A DNA stretch of 64,000 bases, taken from Lytechinus pictus. Its lineage: Eukaryota. The position numbers and the translations under genes are program-made. The stretch lies in NCBI RefSeq assembly GCF_037042905.1, contig NC_087251.1:6510001-6574000 (forward strand), written 5' to 3'. Below, in pieces: positions 25,101 through 40,100 of this stretch; positions within the stretch are counted from its first letter, which is position 1; each line of letters opens with the position of its first letter. The notes below the pieces were generated by a model. It had not been told where the DNA came from. It ran no database searches and saw only the letters and a list, made by a program, of their open reading frames with translations.

Positions 25101-28100
25101 AACTTACTCAACTTTTGTTCACTTCAATCTCTCTATAAAGTCAGGAAACCAAGAGAGATTCTTAGTTACAGAAAGAGGAAAATACAAGTTGTGAAGTCTT
25201 ACAAGAAAAAGCATAAGAATCCTTAGTATTGGACTTACCTTCTTGAGTCTGTAGAAGTGCATATTATGTTCTGGAGTAGTAGCTGCTTCTCTAACAAATG
25301 CTTTCTGTGCAAGGGCTGGTGCTGTACCCTTCTGATCTCTATGCATTGAGGGAACATGTTTGATGATATAATTCTCTCCTCTTCTTTTTATCACCTGAAA
25401 TATCACAAAATACAAAGGATTTTCAACTCACTGATGATAACAGTGTTATTTAAAGATTCCATTATTTATTTAAATAAAAGTAAGATGTCACTGTAAAATT
25501 CATACATTCCCAAAGAAAAAAAGACCTACCGAAGCATAACGGTCCTTTTGACACTCTTCAAATTTTAAAAATACTTTCACAAAAGTTATTTAAGTTTTAT
25601 TTTGTTATTTCCTATAATCTTGCTTTTACCAATAATAAGAAGACATTGAAGCTTGAAACTGTAAATGAATGCTTCATGTATTGTTAAACTGATAGTCTCA
25701 GCACTTCATGTCCCCAGCATCACAGTTTATAGCATGCAGACAGAGATAAAGAAACACTGCGAAGCCATTTGGTTTGCGCCTCCATCCCAATTCCAAATAC
25801 TATACAATACAATGCCTCTATTTCGGAGTTCCTCTATTTTCAGATAATCTCTAAAAACCATCTTGAATAATCCCCTAACTCCCTGATTACTTTCTCCCTT
25901 CTCACCCATTCTGGGAAGTAGTTTGCTGGTTCAAAGTATCTTCCAGCGTGTTCCGTTTCATCAAAGTTTCCCATGTCTGCTTGGAGAGCATAGGATGCTA
26001 GTACAAAACACGCCTCCTCACGACAAAGAACTGGAGCCTGGAGTACATTTTGTTTCAGCTGTAGATAGTAATGGTAACGTGTCACATCATCCCTATGATG
26101 GAAAGAAAGAAAACCATAGAAACAATATTATCTTGGTATCAATCCTCTACATAGTGATGATGATATGACTCACATTCACAATTTATCTGTTTTTATATGT
26201 TTTGATAAAGGCCTATTCAAAGATACAGACTTCTCAAGTGTTGTCTTCATTGTCATCATCACCATCATCATGTTCATACTGAAGATAATAAAACAAATGC
26301 ATCAAACAAACTTCTTTATTATAAAAAAAAATGCAGATGAAAGATGAGATAGGTGTTTTTTGGAGGGGGGAACACAATGTTTACTCTTTTAAAGTTACAA
26401 ACAGGCCTACATAACCATGGACCTATTACGAATGGACATTAAACGAGAGCATTTTATGACCACCACCTGTTTCCAGCTGTCAAAATTGCTGTCTAACCCT
26501 TAACTTTCTCTTTACGCGGTTTTTACAACGACCGCCCGGGGTGATTGTTTACACAAGCTCCTTTCGCCCGATGATCGTCACCGATCGATCACTGGCCCTC
26601 TTTCGACCAAAGACGGTCATGTTGTAGCCCCGATTGCCAATAGGGAAAGTCCTTACATTACCTAGAATGCAATGCGCAATTCATATCCGGTTTTTCAGTA
26701 CATTATTTTAGGCTCTCTATAATGTGCGATTGTCGTCTGTCCATCAAAAAAAATCCCGTTAAATTTCATCAATCCTGTGGAATTTTATGCCCAAATGAAA
26801 ATCAACTTCTGACCGAAGGTAAGCGCTACTATCGACATCGATACTGTCCGAAAAAGCTGAGATTTTAACGTTTTTCCGCAGATTTTTTCGTCGAATTTCA
26901 ACTGCTTTTTCGCCGTAGATATACGGATCTGCAAGGTGATGTCAATGCATTTCATTTCCGGTTGTTAGCGATGTACGTAAAAAATACGTTTATGCACGCC
27001 TGTTTTCTTGTTTCTGCTATCATTTTCATAGCGCTAACGTTCGCTGCTGTGCGTTGCTTTTGATAAAGTGAACGAACAACATCGCAATGGGTAGGAGCAG
27101 CGTACAATTGATTTCCGCTGTCAATCAGTGAGAGCATGTTTTACGACCGGCTTGATGGGTGTCAGCTGCCAGCGCTCTGTTTATAAAAGGATTAGCGGCG
27201 ACGGTCTCTGTGTCAAAGGAGGGGATTCGTTGAATGTCCATTCGTAATAGGTCCATGACATAACTAATTAAAGTAAAAAAATAATTTCAATCTTTTTTTA
27301 TGTTATGAGAAAATGTTGAATATTCCAAATGTAAAAAAAACTACTTGACATGACACAGAAGAATTGAGTTTGATCATAAACACAGGGTGCTTTTTCATTC
27401 TGAGTCGATGTCAGAGTCCAGGACAACATTCGTTCACATGAATATCAAAGAACATAAACATAGGAAGCTCTTAGGAGAATGAAATACCACAATATAGGCA
27501 AGATATTAGATTGATTTAGCAAGGCTAAATTGGATATAGAGAGATTTATGTGGCTTGGAATTCATGCGCGGCACCCTTGAAAAGTAAAACTACCATGGAG
27601 TAATCAAGAGAGGAATGTTGAGAGGAAAGGGTCAAAGGTGACACATTTGGTGCCCTGCTGGAATAACCTTTCCATCAGGAAAAATGTAATGTGGTGTAAC
27701 ATGTTCTCTCGCCAACTGAGGATTAATAATAAATGTCAGGAGTACATACATTCAGAGTGACAGGGGAATTTCTAACAGTCTAGCCAAAAACTGTTTGAAT
27801 TGTATGAATTATCTATGAAGCAAATCAGACCTGACATAAGTACTTGAATGCCATGCATTTTTAAAAATAAAACTCTCTTTAATTACCAAAAGTTACATTG
27901 AGGTAAAATATATGATGCTTTTATACCAGAATTGGCATTTCTTCCTCCAAAAGATTGTAAATGCATGAGAAACCACTGTAATATACTAATATATCGGCTA
28001 AAAGATGATCATGGGAATTTTATATACTTACGCGTGTAAAAACTGTGAGGCATTCTCTTTCAAAATTCTGGTGGTGTTTTCATATGTGCAACAATAACAA

Positions 28101-31100
28101 TTTATATACTTTGAAATTTGAGCAATGTTCTACACATAAAATTATCAAAAATTAATATTTAGCATGTAGGCCTACATTACATCTTTATAAAAGGTTCACA
28201 ACAGAATACAAATTAGTGCTACAGATCAGAAAGGAGTCCACATAGTCATACTTACTTCAATAAGGATACATGTTCCACATATAATTGCACTTTGAGGTAA
28301 AAAGAAAGAAGAGGTTTTCCAGCCTTGTCACGTCCCTGAATCATCAAAGAAATCAAATAAAAAAAGAAAGTTGAGAATACAACTAATCAAACATAAATGA
28401 AATAGTAGGTTGAAATATGATTCAATGTGAGAAATGTGTGTAAAATTTACCAAATGACTGTGGAGTCATTTCCAAACAACATGGAACAACTGTAATGTAT
28501 GTGCTCTTGGATTATGAACAGAATTGCAAACCACTGAAAAACAAAACATTAGGCCTACTTGAATAATCATGAATTACCTTTAAGAACTTTGAGTACACGA
28601 TTATTAATAATGAACTTTGTGAAGTAAAAACAAAATCAATAGATCAAGATTTGCAAGCAATAGCAAAACAAAATAAAATCAGTAAATCATATCATTCTCC
28701 TTGTTGTTGTGATGCCAGTCAATTTGCAACATTTTGAAACTTGAAAGATCTATATTTTCATTAAATGAAGAAGATGGTATTTTATTCCCTATCATCACAT
28801 GACCTCAGTATACATAATGACTAAATTCATACAGAGAAATGCAAGGTGAAATTTTTTCCTTGGATGATATGCTATATCTTTAGCAAATGAAATTTCTAGG
28901 CTCACATAATGTAAAGCCTGATTATCAAGTGACAATAAGTCACAATACTAAATAGGTTCATTATTGCGGACTGAAATAATCGCTAGAGGGTATTCATTTG
29001 TCTCGCAATCTACTATGGTCAACAAGGAAATTCGTGAACTTGTAAGCTAGTGAAAACTTTTTGCGAGAGTGATCACGAATTTCCTAGAAAGCTAGTGAAC
29101 ACTTTTTGCGAGAGTGATCACAAATTTCCTTGTTGACCATAGTAGATTGCGAGACAAATGAATACCCTCTAGCGATTAAAAAGTCACAAGTTGCAAATTA
29201 CATGTAATTGATAAGCATGTGTTTATTACAAGTATTATGACTTCAAATACACTAGGGCATATAGTTGTCCTCATTTGGAGAAAATGAAGAACGCAAAACT
29301 GGGCCACACAATCATGTCAGGATTAGTGCTGATTCATTAGGGAAATTGGAAAATTTCTAAGAGATGAATGTATCCATTAGACTTGGGAGAAACTATCACG
29401 ATGCCTATCAATTTAGGAAATTAGTGCACATTGTAATGTAATGTAGGAATATAATGAGCTTCAACTACTTTTCAAATGGCATGAATAGCAGTCCAAGCCC
29501 GTAGGCCTACTAAAAAAAAACTCTTCTCAGATCATGGTCCGTAGAGATTGATGGACAAAATCGAACCATTACTACACCAATTTTCAATGATAATTTCAAA
29601 CTGACTACATTAATATCAGAAAATACCAAGCCAGGACTGAACCCTGAAACATCATTTATTTTCAAAGAATTGAGATATAAAATCAAGTGAAGACAATTTA
29701 ACCACAAAATACAAACTTAAAGGGATGGTTCAGGCGGAAAATATTTATATCTAAATAAATAGAGCAAAATGCTGAAAATTTCATCAAAATTGGATGACAA
29801 ATAACAAAGTTATTGATTTTAAAGTTTATCAATATTTTGTGAAAACAGTTATATGCACATCGTCATAAATATTCATTAGGTGGGCTGATGATGTCATATC
29901 CCCACTTTCCTTTTTCTTATGTAATTTACATGAAATCATAATTGTTTCATTTTTTCATACATGTGTAAATGATATGTCTCCATTATGATGAAATAAGTTG
30001 CGACAATGAATAACTGATGCACTTAATCAGTTGTCAATCCAATTGTTTTAGTTCTTGGTAGAAAATTTTGAATAAACATAATTTCATTTAATAAAATACA
30101 AAAGAACAAGTGGGGATATGACATCATCAGCCCACCTAGTGAATATTCATGAAGACATGCCTAGAACTGTTTCACCAGAATAATGCAAATCTGTAAAATT
30201 CAATAACTTTGTTATTTGTTATACGATTTTGATCATATTTTCAGCATTTTGCTCTGTGAATTTTACTCTATTTATTGAGATATTAATAGATCTCCAGCCT
30301 GGACCATCCCTTTAACTGGAATGGAATACAGATAGAAAATGCAGTGATATTCTGTGCAATTTACTGTAATATTGCACTGAATAAATGATAAATGAGTAAT
30401 AAGCAACAAAAAATATAGTAAACTCCAAGTAAATAGTTTTTTTTCACCAACAGACAACTTGAATATTGTTATCAGTATCACCAGCTGCTCTGCTCACAAA
30501 CAATTGCCATTGATTAACATTGACCACAGACTTGAGTCAAACAAAAACTGAGAGGAATGTTTTACACCCAACTGACCAACCCAGAATTCAGTGTTTCTGA
30601 AGAAATAATAAGGAGAGTAAACAGTTTGTTTGAGTCGACTCTGGACATGAGCACTTACAACCAATGCAGCATTTTTATTTTGGGAAGGTGATTACAATAA
30701 ACAAAATGTGTTCCTTAGCAGATACATGTATAGCCTATAATCTAGGCGGAGGCTGCAGTTATTGTCTTTGTAGAGCTTAAAGTTGAATTAAGAAGGGGGT
30801 GAGTTTCCATAAATATAGGTTCTACATACAATATATAGTATATATAAGTTGTTCAAACACATAGCATGTCACAATAATCCTCTGCCTTCTCGATATTTTG
30901 CTTTGAAAGTCTATGAAATTAGCCACCTGTCAGAGCCCGAGAGACGAGTGTACAGAAAAGTCACTCGGAGTGTGACGTCACCGGGGGGAATTTAGTATAA
31001 GAGGTGCCTGAATGTCATACAGAAATGCTATGCAGAGAGAGAAAGATATTTTACAATTTTTTTTCAAAGCAACTCAAATCAAACAAATAGGACTGATATG

Positions 31101-34100
31101 TACAAATCTTTACTTTCCCTGTATAAAAAACAGTATGAATAACCACCATGAACTCTTCAATCATGATGTAAGATAGCAAACAGTGAGTTATTGAATGATA
31201 TTTTCACTATTTCTCATTTAATTTATCACGATGTTCAATCAAGTGAGTAGCTGGAAAGTAATTCCAGCGGCTAGCTCAGCGCGCGCTGAACGCATAATAC
31301 TAGTATAGTACACACAACACCCAGGCATTGAGTGTACTGTTATGGTCTGGTATGTCGACTTAGTTCATGGCCGTGCAGCGATCCCCTGGCGTTTTTTCTT
31401 CTTTTCTTCTGTCTTTGACTCCACTTTTATATCCTCTGGATCATTTCCACTCATAGCTCATTCCACATAACAATCTTGAACCAAACGTATAGTATTCTTT
31501 CTCGGCCTTCTGAGTTGTTTTCTATATTTAATTACGCTAGGGGTCACCGTCACACATACAAACGCAATTCGGAAGTGAGTTGAAGACAGAAAGATATATA
31601 GTAATTAGTATACATCTCTATGGTTGAAGACAACAAGAACGGTACGGTAGCTCGACAGCTAGCTGCGCCGGAGCGGGCGGCCGGTCGGCACAAAGCAATT
31701 CCGCAACCAACTGTGTTTTTTTGCAAGAGCCGCGTCACACGCGGATAAATATGTCATAATAACACGTCTGCTACGTTATCGACTGGTGAGAAGATCTCGA
31801 TCAAATTTCATATTATTCACCTTGAAATTATTCCTTTAGGGTCTATGGTATCATTCTGAGGGAATTCACATATTTGGAATAATAGTACGGCCACAAATAT
31901 TTTAATCATTTCCTCTTTGCAAGTTCTATGGCTCGCAGATACAACTTCAACTGCAGTTATTCCATATGAAGGAGTACGTGCATAGTGCCTTGTTTACTAC
32001 ACCGGGACCGAATACCCCCCGGTGACGTCACACTCAAAGAACACCCGTCTCGGTAGGCATTGCAGGAGCGAACTCAGTGAAAATGGGTAGGGATAAATCG
32101 TTCAAATTCACTATTTTGAAAAAAGAAAATGAGGGGTCGAATCACCTATTAGTGTTTGGGGGGTTGTAAGGTTGCTATTAATGTAAATATCTCAATATTT
32201 GGAATCGTCTTCTTAATTCAACTTTAACAGCAAGAACAAAGTTGGTACGCAAGTGTTGATCTGGCAAAGACTACGCATTTGTTGATTCGCATCCACAATG
32301 TGTAGTCTTTGCCAGATCAGACGTATCACTTGCGTTCAGCTTAACAGCAAAGACAATAACTGCAGCCTCCGCCTAGATTTTAGGCTAATACATGTATGGT
32401 ATATAGGTTAATTAGGCTAGAGAAGGGTGAGAAAATTAGTGCAAACAAGGAGAAATATGAATTTTGCCACTAAGAGCTTAGTGAAAAAAAATTGTGCAAA
32501 GAAATCAAATCACAAAAACAAAGTTGGTCTGAATGGCCTCTAGACTAAAAAAGCCCCACAGATTTTAGTATCATATCAACATATTAATAACAAATTAATA
32601 ATTTTCTTTGCTTGTTACAATAAAAAAAAAAAGAGTACAATCACAGATGAAATTAGGGTGTGCTTATGCTTCCATTGTATAGACAGAATCAGCGTTTTAG
32701 AACGTACTGCAGCTGGCTTTGCATCGTAATTTTCGTTAAGCAGGTGAGGTCATATTGGGCGTGCCCTGTTTCAAAGGTTTTTTTTTCGAGTGTTGTTATG
32801 GTAGACTATTATTTTAACTTCGGACAATTTTCGATCTTTATGTAATTGCATGGAGCTACTTGACATAGTTATAGAATTTCACCATGGTGAGAATAATAGT
32901 AAGATAAAATTAAGAATATTAAAGTATACATAAGAAAATAATAAGACATCTATTTGTTTATGCTACTGGGGCTTTCGGCTCAGCGATGTCTCCTCATCAT
33001 AACTCATGTTCCAGGTTTTTTTACAAATCTCTCAACATTCATCGTGGTGAAAAATTAGAGGAATAGTAATAGTGATAGTACATAATCATACATGCAATCA
33101 TGTACATTGGTCATTATTAGAACCAGGAAGATGAGAGGTAATTCCGTGGAGGTAAGGTCCCTGTTGGGAAACATGCGACTGTATTTTCCCGTGGATTTTC
33201 ATCTCACCGGAAGCATGTACCAAATGACATCATTTAAACACGTTTATGATCACGTCTTGTAACCTGTTTATACTTTTTGTAAGTTTACGATCGGCTTTCT
33301 GAAACATTGTTTAAATGAAAGTAAGCATGGACGCAACCACGTTTTGGACTAATCACGTATGAGAATGCTGATTCTGGCCTGAAAAGTAGAAGCATAAACA
33401 CGACAGGGTGCTACATAACTTTTTAGAAGCACTTGCCTGGTCGGGCAAATAAATTTTTTAATAGTTGGAATATACTTGCTCAAAAATCTATTTCACTTGC
33501 CCGAAAAAATCATTGAAAAAAAAAATTACCTTTCCAAAAGAAAGTTTTGCAGTTTTATAAGCCATTGAGGCCGTTCTCATTACACTTTCTTAAACTAGTT
33601 TACTGGAAACCGATTCAGGAAACCACTTTGGAAGATCGCTTTGCTAGCGTTCCCACTTGATCACACGAAAGTGGTTTTCAAAATCACTTCACGTAAAGCG
33701 CTCTTGTTGCTATGGAAACGCTCTCAGTGGGGTGACACGTTTCGCGCGAAATCCGAAACCGCAGCATAGGCATTCTACACCTGTCGTGTGGAGTAGCGCG
33801 CTCAAAATGTGCAAAGATCGCTTCCCGAAGAACGGTTGTGTCCTCACTTACGCTAAAACCAGTTTAACGAGGCAAAGCGATCTTGAAAACTACATCGCAA
33901 GGTGGTTTTCCAAACTGGTTTGGGAGATCGCTTCCAAGACCGCTTTGACCGTTCTCACTACGTGTCAAACTAGTTTCCACTAAACTAGTTTCCAGTAAAC
34001 TAGTTTAAGGAACGTAGTGAGAACAGCCTCTACGACCTTTTTCTCTCTTTTGACATGAACTGTTAAATTACGAGAACATTTTTAGGCTAAAAAATACCCA

Positions 34101-37100
34101 TTAATTATTCCTGCATTCACACCGCCCCGAAACATACCCTTCAGGATAAATTCCTGAAGTTAGGAGCATGCGCAGTATGGTCTAATAAGCAGGCAAGGCG
34201 CGAGATTCAAAACCACTAGCCCAGCAGCCACCCACGGCGCCCGCGCCCCATGACACGCTGGGCTAAAAGTTCCCGTAAATTGCTTTCACATTGCCAAAAT
34301 ACCTGCGACCTTGGAAAAATCCCCGCGAAAGTTCTCGTAATTTCGCCAAGTACCTACTATTTAGCGGGTATTTTCTTTCGGGGAAATTACGCGTAGTTTG
34401 CTTTCACATTACCAAAATACCTGGAACTGACGAACTTCGAGGCGGTCTGAAACCACCTACTGTTATTGCATTTCTTTTTCCAAAGTGATTTTATCTTGCC
34501 TGCCATGACCAAAATTAGGGTCAATATATCATATCAACCCTAATTTTGGTCATTCTACTGTGAGAATTTTGCTTGCCTAATTTGGGCAAGTAGTTAAGGT
34601 CTTTACTTCAAAACACTTGCCCGACTCTAACTTTTACTTGCCCTGGGCAATCAGGCAAGTGCTTATGTAGCACCCTGCACAACCTTAAAATACTCTCCTA
34701 AAACTAATGTGAAGGTTTAAAGATAAATTCCAGTTTTGGTAACGATCTCAAAATGACTTTTTACAGAATCTAATATAATGACCACCCAAGTGTCTGTTTG
34801 TATGAATAAAAAATATGTGCCAAAGGATTCTGGAAGAAATTGTGTAATTGCTGAGAAATAAGCAAAATAAGCGCGGATTCGGTCACTTCCGTCGGGTCTT
34901 TATTTCAGCAATAATAATACACTGTCCCACGTGTGCCTATCTGTGTTGGTGATCTTCAGTGTGAACATTTTTCAGCGTAGATTTCAAGATTTCACAAAGG
35001 TCAGTTTATTTAACTGTACCAGATCTAGATCCTCGATGATATACTGACAATTAAGCCTGGTTTTACAGACTTTCTCATGAAATCAGTGTTTACTGCAAAT
35101 ACTGGCATTTCTCTTTAACCCTAAAAAACACAAGTTACAACTTGTTTGCAGCAGGGACGTGAGAGGGCTGTTTGGAGATTGCATATTCTCCAAGACACCA
35201 TTCTCACTACCTTCCTAAAACTAGTTTACTGGAAACTAGTTTAGTGGAAACCAGTTTAACATGTAATGAGAACGGTCAAAGCGATCTTCCAAACAGGTTT
35301 ATAAACTAGGTACCTCGCAATGTAGTTTTCAAGATCGATTTGCCTCGTTAAACTGGTTTTAGCGTGAGGACACAACCGTTCTTCGGGAAGCGATCTTCGC
35401 AAATTTTGAGTGCGCTACTCCGCACGACAGGTGTAGAATGCCTACGCTGCAGTTTAGAATTTCGCGCGAAATGTGTCACCCCACTGAGAGTGTTTCCATA
35501 ACAAGATCACTTAACATGAAGTGATTTTAAAAACCACTTTCATGTGATGAAATGGGAACGCTAGCAAAGCGATCTTCTAACTGGTTTTCTGAACCGGTTT
35601 CCAGTAAGCTAGTAATAGAAAGCGTAATGAGAATGGTGTCTAATGCTGAACCTGACAACAAAGTTCTTCAACTTCATTTACAATAGGTGGTTTCAAACCG
35701 CCTCGATCACAAGAATCCCCGTTAAATTACGAGAACTTTTTTAGGCTGAAAAATACCCATTAATTATTCCTGCATTCACACCGCCCTGAAACATACCCTT
35801 CGGGATAAGTTCCTGAAGTAGTTCCTGAAGTTACGAGCATGCGCAGTATGGTCTGATAAGCAAGCAAGGCGCGAGATTCAAAATCACTAGCCCAGCAGCC
35901 ACCCACGGCGCCGCACCCAACGACACGCAGGGCTTAAAGTTCCCGTAATTTGCTTTCAGACCGCCAAAATACCCACGACCTTGGAAAAATCCCCGCGAAA
36001 GTTCTCGTAATTTCGCCAAGTACCTACTATTTATCGGGTATTTTCTTTCGGGGATAACGTGTAGTTTGCTTTCACATCGCCAAAATACCTGGTATTTTCT
36101 GATCGGGGTAAATTTCCCGATCAGAGAATACCTGGAACTGGCGAACTTCGAGGCGGTCTGAAACCACCTAATGAGAAAAGTCAATATCCTAAGATAATCT
36201 CTTACTAATTGATCATTGCTTAAATGGGTTTGTAACTTGCAGGGGCAAGGTCATTCAAAGGAACAACTTGGACATCATTGAGAAGATTTGTGGTTTGCTG
36301 ACAAGAAAACATCTTGGAAGACAGTTGTTTGGTTTCAACATTCCATGGTGTATTAAGGTTACAAAGGGCTCTTAGGCTGCGTTTATCCGACCTCAAGCCA
36401 GAATCGTGATTTGAATCATGATTGGAATCATGATTCAAATCACAAACATGAATCACAATTACTACAGAATCAGGGTTTAGACGACCTTCGTTCCAACGCT
36501 GTTTCTCCTCGGATTCGGACCGATCCAGTGCGCATCACAGTGCGCAGTTTGACCCAGGAAGTATAGGTCAACGTTGGACACTTAATTGGAGGTCGGCGAC
36601 GTACATGTGATGTGACAACGTGGGGCGCGCGCCTTGGCAAGAACCGGAAATAGCTCGACACAATGACGTCATATAATCATGATTCAAATCACGATATCGT
36701 TTATCCGAACATTTTCGTACGTGATTCTGCAGAAACGTCTTTCCAAACGCCCTTTTTTTCGTAGTTCATGTTTGTGATTCTAATCATGATTATATTCAAT
36801 TTCGACTAAACGCAATCGTGATTCTGCAGAATCGTGATTTGAATCATGATTGGAATCATGATTATAGGGTAAAAAAGTGGCGGATAAACGCACCCTTAAT
36901 CACATCTCTCTAATCAGGAATACTAACACTGGCATTGAGAAGATATAATAGAAATGGCTGCTTTCTTTAGCAGTTTGCAGGTGGGTGGAGCAAGACTATC
37001 AACTGTTTTGGCACGGGTGTGTGATATGTCACATGAACGTAAACTCCTTCATTTAATACTTTAGTAACCTCCAACTATTATTAAATACATTTCCACTTAA

Positions 37101-40100
37101 AAGACCACTGCATGATTGTCAAACTTCAAACTAAAAGACATAAAAGAACTTAACCGTAAAATAAATAAATGAAAGTATAACCCTTGTCTTTCCCAATGAA
37201 CTATTATATGCAAAATGAAAGGAAAATCTTTGACTCATTAAAAATGCCCTTCCTTCTTCATCATACTTGTGCAAGGTTATGAAGAATTTGATATTATGCT
37301 GAACAAAAAATAAACAATTTGAGTGCAAGATATCCAATGGACCACTGGCCTGCCAACCACATTTTACAAAAATGTTATATTCTATGATAAAAAACCCATT
37401 ATTTCCTATCAGTTAACAACATGTTTTGTACTAAATTATCATTAAAACCACACTCATCATCTTGTCAAATGTGAGTTATTATCTCTAACAACTAATTTTT
37501 CAAAATAAAATGTTTCTTTCAAGCCCTAATGAACTAACCATTCTTTTATTGCATAGAAATAGTCTAGGAATGGCATCCAATGGGGAACAATACAGAGTGC
37601 TTGGGCAATTTACAAGCAAACTCACACAATGGTATCACAATGCTAACAAAGAATAGCTTTAGGGGAAAAGTACATAACATGCTTTTGTGGAATGCTTCTA
37701 AAGCCATAACAGGTAGCCAGTTGTTTATATGTTCTATTGAACGGGTACATGTAGTCTTTTTCCAATACAAAAGAGTTCCAGTTGGTCATTTTCATGAAAA
37801 CGCCCCTTTTCCATCTTGTAGTACAATAATCAAGTTATAACACATAACTTCATTATTTGTAAAATGATTTCATTTTCTTATTTTGAAAACTGAAGTCAAG
37901 AATTTGGTTCTAAAAATACAATCGGGATTCATAAAAAATTCCTTGATAAACTAGTAGGTAACATTTACCTGAACCAATACAGGCCTACAATACAGATTTA
38001 AAAAATAAAATGTATCTGTTTAATTTGACACATTTCTAAAATGATTTTTTTGATAAAAAGTATAAGAAATTATCATGGGAGATCTCTTCTATTTGTATAC
38101 TACTGAGACTAGACCCCAGACTACTCTTTGGTTATTTATAATTGGATAGAAGGGGGATGGGGCACTATTGTGACATCATCACTATGGTATGTGCTATTGA
38201 TTGACAGATCTTTGTTAAGGTTTGTTGGTCATTAAGTACATTCCTTTTAAGCATGGCTCCATTCACACTCTAATGATAAACCAAGGAAAGAGAAAAAAAT
38301 AAAAAGAATGAATAACAACAAAATAAAACTAATCTCATAATTAGAAAGGTTAAATGTCAAATAAAGTTTTGGTTTGTCTTCAAAAACGATTTTCTGAATT
38401 TTCTTGTTTTGAGTTTGTCAGTAGAAAGACAAAGGCAAAACTAAGATTCTGATCTTGTTTTTCCTCATCAAATTCAAAGCATGCAGGGTAGGCCTAGATT
38501 AGAAATTAGTGCTTTTCTAAATACTAGAATCACACTTCCCAATTGAAAAACCGATAAGAGACATCTTTGCCTACAAATTCATGTATTATAAATTACTCTG
38601 AGATTGCACACCTGAAAGGTAGGGGCCCTAGTCTAGTGCTAATACACAAGTTTAGGTCATCAGTGGTTGTTACATTGTACCCATTCTCCAGAAATCATGG
38701 GTGGAATTTCTACTGAAATTTCTACTTATTTCTACTTAAACTCATGCTTTTAAATTAAAACAGATAAATTGACATAATTATAATTTTAGCACAATATCCA
38801 TTAGAGCTTATGAAATAATAATAAAGTTCAGATATATGGCAATGATCACAAAAATAATTCTAACAAAATAGGAAGCTTAGCATTACAGTGATGACATGAT
38901 GACCATTCTCTTTCCTTCAAAGACTTTTTCAAATAATTGTTCAGTGAGACAACTTGGTTTTTGCTCTTTATTTCTGAGTCTGGAGCCCACAATGTATAAA
39001 GCAATGAGAAGTATTGGATCTATATCTACTTAAACATGATTGTGAATTATGATTACATAAATATTGCTCATACTAGATTGATTATAGTGCTTCGTTCGAC
39101 TTCTGGAAATACTTAATTAACTTTACCTAACTCCAATACAGCTCACAATTCTACTTTCCTTCCGTTATGATTTTTACTTTCCCTTTTTCATCAAGTCACT
39201 TACTTTTCCCTCTCTGACAAATATCTACCGTCTCTCATTATACCATCTTCATTCATTCCCAGACCAATCCTGGTAAATGCAGGTAATCACTCCTCTCTGC
39301 CAATCCAATTTTCAGCCTTTCTTTGCTAGCTTGGGCAATCACTCTTCTTTAAACTATTACTCAATGCGCTTAATTTTAACTTGCTTAGCTGGGAAATTTA
39401 AATTTAGCATCAACAACACAAAGACATAACTATTCAACAGTCCTCTCCTGTAAACCCCCTAATTTCACCCATACACAAATATGTGCCCAATTTCAGTAAT
39501 CCATTCACATCTTACAATCTTGATGAAAGAAAAGCTCAAACTTTATTAACTTCCATAGATCGCTCACAATCTTACTATTTAAAATTGTCATTTATAGTGA
39601 TAGGTTGTTTGCAAACATAATCAATACACCAGAATAATATGGAGTGCCAATGGATAATCACAGTGATGGATTATAACATGACACATAGGGGGATACATGT
39701 CAAAAGTAAAAAAATATATATATATTTAATGTTCAGCATTGATGGAGTCCTCTATAGGCCACATTTAAAAATGAAGAGACATGTGGGTATTAGATTTATC
39801 AAATCATTTATTTGCATTTTATCCTGCCTCCAATTTAAAGAATATGATATATCTCATCAAACTTACATCATTAGAGTCAGACTTCCATCCCTTTGGCGCA
39901 TACTTTGAAATCTTAGTCTTCAGATCTAAAAATTCATATTCTCCATTTTCTGTGAAATAAACAAACAATCAAAGGGAATTTATATTTCTCACAATTCTAT
40001 CAAACTACAACCAAAGTCAAATGTAGATTATATCAAGTATAAAATGTCTTCTCTTCTCAAATGATTTTCAGGGCCTTATTCAATATATTATCAATAAATT

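Larger units (their letters stand above)
33404..34677. mobile_element. CAGGG-ended TIR element with apparent 5-bp TSD (hAT5-like)
   Basis: 15-bp TIR CAGGGTGCTACATAA; flanks CACGA/CACAA; internal ACTTGCC repeats. Confidence 0.7.
32656..34684. mobile_element. PIF/Harbinger-like element whose right TIR is interrupted by a nested insertion
   Basis: TTA|GGGTGTGCTTATGCTTC ... GAAGCATAAACAC[insert]AACC|TTA. Confidence 0.65.

Noticed and set aside
26610-26650. SCCSPDC as a THAP start inside the P-like element
   Set aside because: No start codon and a stop two codons later; too short to support.
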